A program made the translations under genes and the position numbers. A DNA stretch of 38,526 nt, taken from positions 1 through 38,526 of the forward strand of contig CAZMNQ010000001.1 in assembly GCA_964567695.1 (NCBI GenBank), written 5' to 3'. Positions 32,653 to 38,526 of this stretch are shown piece after piece; position 1 is the stretch's first letter; every line of letters starts with the position of its first letter. Source of the DNA: an uncultured Bdellovibrionales bacterium. GTDB taxonomy: Bacteria; Patescibacteriota; Minisyncoccia; Moranbacterales; UBA2206. Below the pieces are notes generated by a model, which was not told the origin of the DNA, ran no database searches, and saw only the letters and a list, made by a program, of their open reading frames with translations.

Positions 32653-33771
32653 ATGAAAATTCTTTTTATTTCCAGAGCCCATCCGCCGACAGTTGGAGGC
32701 ATTGAAAATCAAAATTATGAACTTTCAGCTTGGCTGGCTAAAATTGCGGATGTTACAGTTATAGCCAATAAGCGCGGTCGGAAATTCTTATCTGTTTTTG
32801 CCCCTTATGCTCTTCTACGAGCTCTTTTTGCCCTGCATTCATACGATGTTATATTATTAGGCGATGGCAATCTAGCTATTATCGCTTGGTTTCTCAAACT
32901 TTTTTCGAGTAAGCCCATAATTTGTGTTATTCACGGATTAGATATAAATTATAAATCTAATTCTTTGGGAGTTTGGTATGAAAAAATGCTCATTTTATTG
33001 CATCAGAAATTTTGGGTTGGAATTTTTTTGAAAAAAATAGACAAGTTAATTGCAGTCAGTAACGAAACAATTCGCGTCGCTCAAGAGAAGGGCATTGCCA
33101 CGGATAAATTAGTTTTTATTCCCAATGGCATTGATATAAATAAATTTGGCGGGGATTTTTCCCGGACCGATTTGGAAAAACTTTTTGGAAAAAAACTAGA
33201 TCAGAAAAAGATTCTTTTGACTTCCGGACGCCTCGCTCGCAGAAAAGGCGTGGCTTGGTTTGTGCGCAATGTGATGCCGAAATTAGATAAAAATATTCTG
33301 TATGTCGTGGCAGGCGATGGTGCTGATCGAGAAAATATTGCACAAGCCATTGCTGAAAATAATTTAGTTGATCGAGTTAGGACATTGGGATATGTAACTG
33401 ATCCGGTCCGTGATATGCTCTTCCACACTTGCGACCTGTTTATCCAACCCAACATTAAAATTCCGGGTGATATGGAAGGCTTTGGCATTTCAGTTATTGA
33501 GGCTGCCTATTGTGGCATTCCGGTCATCGCTGCCAACCTAGAGGGATTAAAAGATGCCATTAAGGACGGTCGAGATGGATTTCTGATTGAACCGGAAAAT
33601 ATCGATGGTTATGTCGCAAAAATAAACGAGCTACTGTCAAACGATTCCGGCCGAAAAGCCTTTGGACAAAAAGCCCGCCAATATATTATTGATAATTATA
33701 GTTGGGATAAAATAGCTAAGATTTATTTGGAAGAAATAAACAAAACAATATCAAATTATAAAAACATTTAG
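32653..33771 (+). CDS. glycosyltransferase family 4
   Basis: EGFGISVIEAAYCGIPVIA motif and GT-B layout. Confidence 0.9.
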   Translation: MKILFISRAHPPTVGGIENQNYELSAWLAKIADVTVIANKRGRKFLSVFAPYALLRALFALHSYDVILLGDGNLAIIAWFLKLFSSKPIICVIHGLDINYKSNSLGVWYEKMLILLHQKFWVGIFLKKIDKLIAVSNETIRVAQEKGIATDKLVFIPNGIDINKFGGDFSRTDLEKLFGKKLDQKKILLTSGRLARRKGVAWFVRNVMPKLDKNILYVVAGDGADRENIAQAIAENNLVDRVRTLGYVTDPVRDMLFHTCDLFIQPNIKIPGDMEGFGISVIEAAYCGIPVIAANLEGLKDAIKDGRDGFLIEPENIDGYVAKINELLSNDSGRKAFGQKARQYIIDNYSWDKIAKIYLEEINKTISNYKNI

Positions 33772-33838
33772 ACATTTATTAATTTAGATTTCATTTAAAA
33801 TTTGAAATTTATAATTTAAAATTAAAAACAAATCAATA

Positions 33839-35734
33839 ATGTTGCAATACATGTTTAACCAAATAACTTTCTACATAGCACTCGGTTTGGTGTTATTTGT
33901 GCCTGGCTACGCCTTGCTTTTGGCTATTTTTGGTCAAAGAAAAATTCTCAGCAATCTGGAACGCTTTATTATTTCCTTCGGCCTCAGCCTTATTAGTGTA
34001 GATTTTATTTATTTCTCCTTTTCTGGTCTGCATATTTCCATCACTCGCCTCTCAACTTTTTTAGGCATTCTTTTTTTCAGCTTCATCTGTTTTGCTATTT
34101 ACAAATTCCGTACATCTTCCAATGTCGAAAAAGAAAACTCGCTCTTTGATTTTTCCAAAAATCAATTTGTCCTGATTCTGCTTTTGCTTTTTCTGACAAT
34201 TTTTATTAAAACCGCCTATCTTTCCGATACAGTTTTCCCGACCGCCACTGATATGGGACATCATATGTATTGGGCCAAATGGATGGTGGAAAACCATCAA
34301 TTGCCGACCTATGAAAGCATGCCGGATTTCATCATCGGCGAGCATTTGATTTTTGGCGCCATCGCGCTTCTGAGCGGAGCAGATTTCTTCAGCGCCTTTC
34401 CAGTTATAATTTTACTTCTGATAAACCTGCTAGGCATCCTCACGGTTTTTATCTTCACTTTGCGCATTTTCAAAAATAAGACTATTGCAACTTTGACACT
34501 TTTGTTTTTAGGCGTGCTCTACGCCATCGCTTCTCCGCAAGCCAAATTTGTCAGTGGCGGCGTCATCGGAAACATTATGGGCAATTTCTTAATGCCTTTG
34601 GCCTTTTATTTCTACTATCGAGCCTTTGAGTTTTTGGAAAGCGCTTCAATGCCAGATAAAAATTCCAAAACTTTTTTGGCTCTGGCAATTTTCACAACCT
34701 TCGGCTTGTTCTACACGCATCATCTGACGGCTTTTATCTTTTTATTTATTTTTGCGCTTTTAGTTATTATTTTTTTAGCCGTCAATTTTAAAAATTTCAA
34801 AGAAATATTAACTAAAATATTTCACATTGCATTTTCCCCGCAAGTTTTGAGCGTGTTTGTTATTGGATTGATCTTTTTCTTTTTCATCTTCACACCTAAC
34901 TATTTCAAAACTAGCGCTGTTGACACTGCCGTAGGCGCACCCAGCAAAGACACGCGCGTCGGCCTAACAATCGCCAATTTGCGATCCTCTATTGGCGAAG
35001 CTCGCTTGGCTCTCGGCTTCATCGGCCTCCTAATTCTATCTTCCAGATTTAAAAAAAGAAGTTTTGGCTACACGATTATTTTTGCTTGGACCGCAATGAT
35101 TTTTATTATGTCCACTCTTCCTAATGTACTATTTATAAATCTGCCCAGTAATCGCATTGGGAATTATCTTTCCTATCCCGTTGCCATCCTCAGTGCCTAC
35201 GCACTCTATTTTGTTTTTCGCTCAAAATCAAAAACACAGGAAGAAAGTTTTATCGTTTCAAGCAATCTCCTTAAAATCGGATTTACAATTATCCTGGCTT
35301 TTGTTTTGGTAGATGGAATTTCCGATTCGACTCTGGCTTTCAAAAATCAATCTGATTTGCGGCCACTTGCGCAAACTTTCAATGCTTCAGAATACCTGGG
35401 GAAAAACCTAACTGATTCTGATATGGTTCTCAAGGATCATAATTACATCACCGCTGATTCCTGGATAAAATTATTTTTTATGCGAGGCTACAAATATCCT
35501 CTTTCACGCGGATATTTCAAGCGCTATGAAGACACGACCAAGCCGCGCGAAATGTGCACTCTCACAATGATTTCTGCTCCCAACAGCAATGATGCCCGAG
35601 CCTGCTTTGCGCAAACAAGCACAAATTTCATCATAGTCAATCCGCAATTTGACAGCGCTCAGTTTAAAAAATCCAAAGACTTTAATCAGATTTATTCCAA
35701 TCCGGAAATTAATATTTATTATCGCACCAATTAA
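33839..35734 (+). CDS. large polytopic membrane protein, putative GT-C-fold glycosyltransferase
   Basis: 631 aa with about 12 or more TM helices and a C-terminal soluble domain. An early loop reads TATDMGHHMYWAKW. The family assignment rests on architecture and context only. Confidence 0.7.
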   Translation: MLQYMFNQITFYIALGLVLFVPGYALLLAIFGQRKILSNLERFIISFGLSLISVDFIYFSFSGLHISITRLSTFLGILFFSFICFAIYKFRTSSNVEKENSLFDFSKNQFVLILLLLFLTIFIKTAYLSDTVFPTATDMGHHMYWAKWMVENHQLPTYESMPDFIIGEHLIFGAIALLSGADFFSAFPVIILLLINLLGILTVFIFTLRIFKNKTIATLTLLFLGVLYAIASPQAKFVSGGVIGNIMGNFLMPLAFYFYYRAFEFLESASMPDKNSKTFLALAIFTTFGLFYTHHLTAFIFLFIFALLVIIFLAVNFKNFKEILTKIFHIAFSPQVLSVFVIGLIFFFFIFTPNYFKTSAVDTAVGAPSKDTRVGLTIANLRSSIGEARLALGFIGLLILSSRFKKRSFGYTIIFAWTAMIFIMSTLPNVLFINLPSNRIGNYLSYPVAILSAYALYFVFRSKSKTQEESFIVSSNLLKIGFTIILAFVLVDGISDSTLAFKNQSDLRPLAQTFNASEYLGKNLTDSDMVLKDHNYITADSWIKLFFMRGYKYPLSRGYFKRYEDTTKPREMCTLTMISAPNSNDARACFAQTSTNFIIVNPQFDSAQFKKSKDFNQIYSNPEINIYYRTN

Positions 35735-35735
35735 T

Positions 35736-36098
35736 ATGCAACAGAAAAAAATCATTATTTTCATAATCATCCTGTTTCTGGCAAGTTCCATCTATCTTTT
35801 TGCCCGCGGCGATGATTACAAAGCCGCTCCCGATTGGTGGGCATTGTCTTTTGTTGATCCTAAATCAAATAATTTGAATTTTGTAATTGAGAATTTTGAC
35901 AATAATACGAATTTTCACTATGAATTATTGCAAGATACAAACAAGCTTTCCGAAGGCGATGTTCAAATCAAAGCGGGAGAAAAAAAGGAACTAATCCTCA
36001 AAAATTCCGAGATTAGTTCTCAAAACAACAACAAATATACCATCCGAGTTTCACTAAAAAATGAAACTAAAGAAATTTATAAAAATATAAAAAATTAA
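35736..36098 (+). CDS. 120-aa signal-anchored hypothetical protein
   Basis: I chose the ATG at 35736, directly after the previous stop, over the track's 35649 start that overlaps the upstream gene. It has one TM helix. Confidence 0.55.
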   Translation: MQQKKIIIFIIILFLASSIYLFARGDDYKAAPDWWALSFVDPKSNNLNFVIENFDNNTNFHYELLQDTNKLSEGDVQIKAGEKKELILKNSEISSQNNNKYTIRVSLKNETKEIYKNIKN

Positions 36099-36107
36099 AT
36101 TAATGTG

Positions 36108-36150
36108 CCTAGAGCTAAGCTCTTGGAATTTCCAAGAGCTTAGCTCTAGG
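36108..36150. repeat. family-A palindrome, copy 2
   Basis: CCTAGAGCTAAGCTCTTGGA-ATT-TCCAAGAGCTTAGCTCTAGG followed by ATTCC. The arms are identical to those at 14941-14982. Confidence 0.9.
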
Positions 36151-36162
36151 ATTCCCAATAAA

Positions 36163-37287
36163 ATGGATACTCCTAAAAAAATATTGTTGGTCACGCGGCC
36201 TATCGCTCCCCCATGGGATGAGGCTTCCAAAAATTTTGCCTATACCCTGGCAAAGGATTTGAGCTCAAACAAAAATTTAGAACTTCATTTGATGACCAAA
36301 GGGAATGTTTCTGAGTTACCCAGAGAAATAATTCAAGAGCATGTTTATACCCATTCAGAGAACGACTTTGGATTTTTCCAAAAAATCCGCTCCCTGATAT
36401 TCCAAATCATAACTCGCAACAAATTTAATATCGCTCATTTTGTTTTCACTCCTACCAAACTAAACTCTTTTGTTATAAAAAATTTCATCCAAAACAACCG
36501 GGCTAAGACAATCCAAACCATCGCCACCTTGCGTGAAGATATGTTTTCTGATGAAGAAATAAAAAAACTGATATTTGCGGATTTAATCATCACCTATTCC
36601 GATTATGCCAAGGAGAAGCTGGAAAAACTGGGAATAAAAAATGTCAAAAGAATTTACCCCGGCATTGATTTGGAAAAATATCACGCTCGGGAAACGCGAA
36701 GTCTCTATAAAAAATATGCTCCAGAAGACTTCGTAATAAATTTTACCGGTGAATATACTCGGCTTGGGGCTATGGATGATGTGATAGAGGCCTTCATAGA
36801 AGCTTCTATAAAAATTCCCACTGCCAAACTTTCTTTAGCGGTGCGAGTTAAAAATGAAAAGGATGCCCAGAAGAAAAAAGAAGTTATCCAAAAATTAGAA
36901 CAAAATAATCTACTAAAAAGAGTAGTTTTTCACGATGATGGAAAATTTAACATGGCCGATATATATAATCTTTGCGACATCAGTCTTTTTCCAGTCCAAA
37001 ATATGCACGGAAAATTTGATGTCCCCTTAGTGGTTGTGGAAGCTATGGCCTGTGAAAAACCCGCGATTGTTTCCAACATTTCCATTCTCAAAGAGTTTGC
37101 GCGAGATGAAAATTCTGTTACAATTGAGTGTGGCAATGTGCAGCAACTAGTCGATGCAATTCTCGATCTTTATGCCAATAGAGAAAAACGAAGCACTCTC
37201 GGCAAAGCCGGCCGCAAATTTTGTGAAGAAAATTTTGATATTAAAAAAGTTTCCGAAACCTATGCGCAAATTTACGCCAAACTTTAA
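36163..37287 (+). CDS. glycosyltransferase family 4
   Basis: The start is moved to MDTPKKILLV because the first 20 codons of the track ORF are the palindrome. The C-terminal motif is DVPLVVVEAMACEKPAIV. Confidence 0.85.
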   Translation: MDTPKKILLVTRPIAPPWDEASKNFAYTLAKDLSSNKNLELHLMTKGNVSELPREIIQEHVYTHSENDFGFFQKIRSLIFQIITRNKFNIAHFVFTPTKLNSFVIKNFIQNNRAKTIQTIATLREDMFSDEEIKKLIFADLIITYSDYAKEKLEKLGIKNVKRIYPGIDLEKYHARETRSLYKKYAPEDFVINFTGEYTRLGAMDDVIEAFIEASIKIPTAKLSLAVRVKNEKDAQKKKEVIQKLEQNNLLKRVVFHDDGKFNMADIYNLCDISLFPVQNMHGKFDVPLVVVEAMACEKPAIVSNISILKEFARDENSVTIECGNVQQLVDAILDLYANREKRSTLGKAGRKFCEENFDIKKVSETYAQIYAKL

Positions 37288-37315
37288 TCTTTAAATCTGT
37301 CTTATCTGTCCTATT

Positions 37316-38526
37316 ATGTCGTACTCCATAAAAACCCTATCCAAACACAAAAAAGAAATGTTCGGAGCGGAAATGAAAATTCCGGCTATTTTGCATGTTT
37401 CTAATGATTTGATGCCCAATGACGCCACTTTGGAAGAAATTGCCAATGTTGCCTCAAATCCACATATTTTTCACCATGTAGCGGCTATGAGCGATGTCCA
37501 CAGCAAAAAGGGTCGCAAGAACCCCACGGGCACTGTGGTGGCCTCAGAGCACCATTTATTGCCCCAAATCAACGATACAGCGCCCAATTGCGGCATGCGC
37601 TTCCTGAAAACCAGTCTCACTGACGCTGATTTGACGCCCGACAATATTGACCGAATTTTTCAAGAATTAATCCATACTATTCCCACTAAGACTTATGTCG
37701 GCACTAAAGTCCCGCTTTCTTTGATTATGGACATTTGCCGCAAAGGTGTCGCACCGGTGCGTGAATTTTTCAAAACTCGCACCAAAAATGAAATTGAAAA
37801 CACCTTTGAAGGAGGCAACTTTTTTTCTGAAGTTCCCACTGAAAAAGACATTCTCAACGCTATTCCAAAATTGTTTTTGCGCATCGGTCAATATCGCCTT
37901 GGCATCCTGGGCGCCGCTGGCAATCATTTTTTGGATCTGATGAAAATCACAGAAATTCAAGATTCAGAAATCGCTAAAAAATTCGGACTTGTTGAAGGGC
38001 AATATATTTTTCTTTTACATACCGGCTCTGGCCTTCTCGGTCAATATGCCTCCTATTTATACACCCCCAAAAGAAAAGAGCACTTAAGTCAAAAAGTTAT
38101 TCTGGAAATCGGCAAATTTCTTTTTAAAACTGATTACAGAAAAGAATTAAAAGAGCTTTGGAAAAAAATTGAAGCTTTCAAAGACCGCCAAGAATTTTTT
38201 GCCTATGACGACGCTTCAGTGGAAGGCAAGCTTTTTATTACTTCCCACAATGCCGCCGCTAATCAAGGCTATGCGAATCGCTCCATCCTCACGCATCAAT
38301 TAGACATGTCTATTGAAAAGGCGCTTGGAAAAAATCCGGAGCTTGATATGCTCTATGATATGCCGCATGTTTTCGTGCATCGTGAAAAAAATCATTTCGG
38401 CAAAGATGTGTGGGCGCACAGAAACGGCACGGTGCGCGCTAACGGCCCAGCCCGCATGAATCACCCGCTTTTCTCCCAGACTGGCGAGCCGGTTTTTATT
38501 CCCTCCTCTATGAGCACCCCAGCCTA
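37316..38526 (+). CDS. rtcB: RNA ligase RtcB (3'-phosphate/5'-OH), 3'-truncated by the window edge; not in the ORF track
   Basis: Hand translation is open from the ATG at 37316 to the window end. Motifs: AAMSDVHSKKG, APNCGMRF, GNHFLDLM, LLHTGSGLLG, HRNGTVRA, IPSSMSTPA. Confidence 0.9.
   Translation, partial: MSYSIKTLSKHKKEMFGAEMKIPAILHVSNDLMPNDATLEEIANVASNPHIFHHVAAMSDVHSKKGRKNPTGTVVASEHHLLPQINDTAPNCGMRFLKTSLTDADLTPDNIDRIFQELIHTIPTKTYVGTKVPLSLIMDICRKGVAPVREFFKTRTKNEIENTFEGGNFFSEVPTEKDILNAIPKLFLRIGQYRLGILGAAGNHFLDLMKITEIQDSEIAKKFGLVEGQYIFLLHTGSGLLGQYASYLYTPKRKEHLSQKVILEIGKFLFKTDYRKELKELWKKIEAFKDRQEFFAYDDASVEGKLFITSHNAAANQGYANRSILTHQLDMSIEKALGKNPELDMLYDMPHVFVHREKNHFGKDVWAHRNGTVRANGPARMNHPLFSQTGEPVFIPSSMSTPA

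Noticed and set aside
36103-36162. Track start codon of the last GT4 ORF (MCLELSSWNFQELSSRIPNK...).
   Set aside because: These 20 codons are simply the family-A palindrome read as protein. The conserved GT4 N-terminus begins at MDTPKKILLV (36163).
1-38526. Alternative genetic code (UGA or UAG reassignment, as in some candidate phyla).
   Set aside because: All conserved genes are full length and uninterrupted under the standard code, and stops coincide with expected protein ends.

Overview
AT-rich, tightly packed bacterial chromosomal segment that reads in the standard genetic code. Canonical TTGACA/TATAAT-type promoters are visible by eye. Gene content (archaeal-type UMP kinase, minimal Rrf2-NifS-NifU set, many tiny membrane proteins) suggests a reduced-genome lineage such as Patescibacteria/CPR; this is inference only. 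Positions 1-22300 are mostly housekeeping: partial tRNA-Gln, pseudouridine synthase, obg, a priA-def-fmt-rhodanese operon, thpR, a TagA/WecG-type transferase, gltX, two M23 peptidases, rrf2-nifS-nifU, a Cas4-like PD-(D/E)XK nuclease, pyrH-like, rpmA, pyrG, rplI and an S41 protease. Positions 22300-37300 hold a roughly 15 kb envelope glycopolymer locus: GT2, LCP, four GT4s, a Wzy_C/O-antigen-ligase-like protein, a nucleotide-sugar dehydrogenase, a DPM1/GtrB-like GT2 and a large GT-C-like membrane protein. A 3'-truncated rtcB follows and is absent from the ORF track. I found no recognisable defence system, CRISPR array, transposase or prophage. The signals not explained by the ORF track are: (1) an unannotated ~138-nt structured RNA gene with its own promoter and terminator; (2) a 55-aa ORF with perfect expression signals inside the glycan locus; (3) two families of long palindromic elements, one also embedded in frame in two CDSs; (4) heptanucleotide tandem repeats inside four CDSs; (5) a GC-richer divergent two-gene cassette bracketed by terminators. 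Every product call rests on motif recognition by eye. No database search was run.
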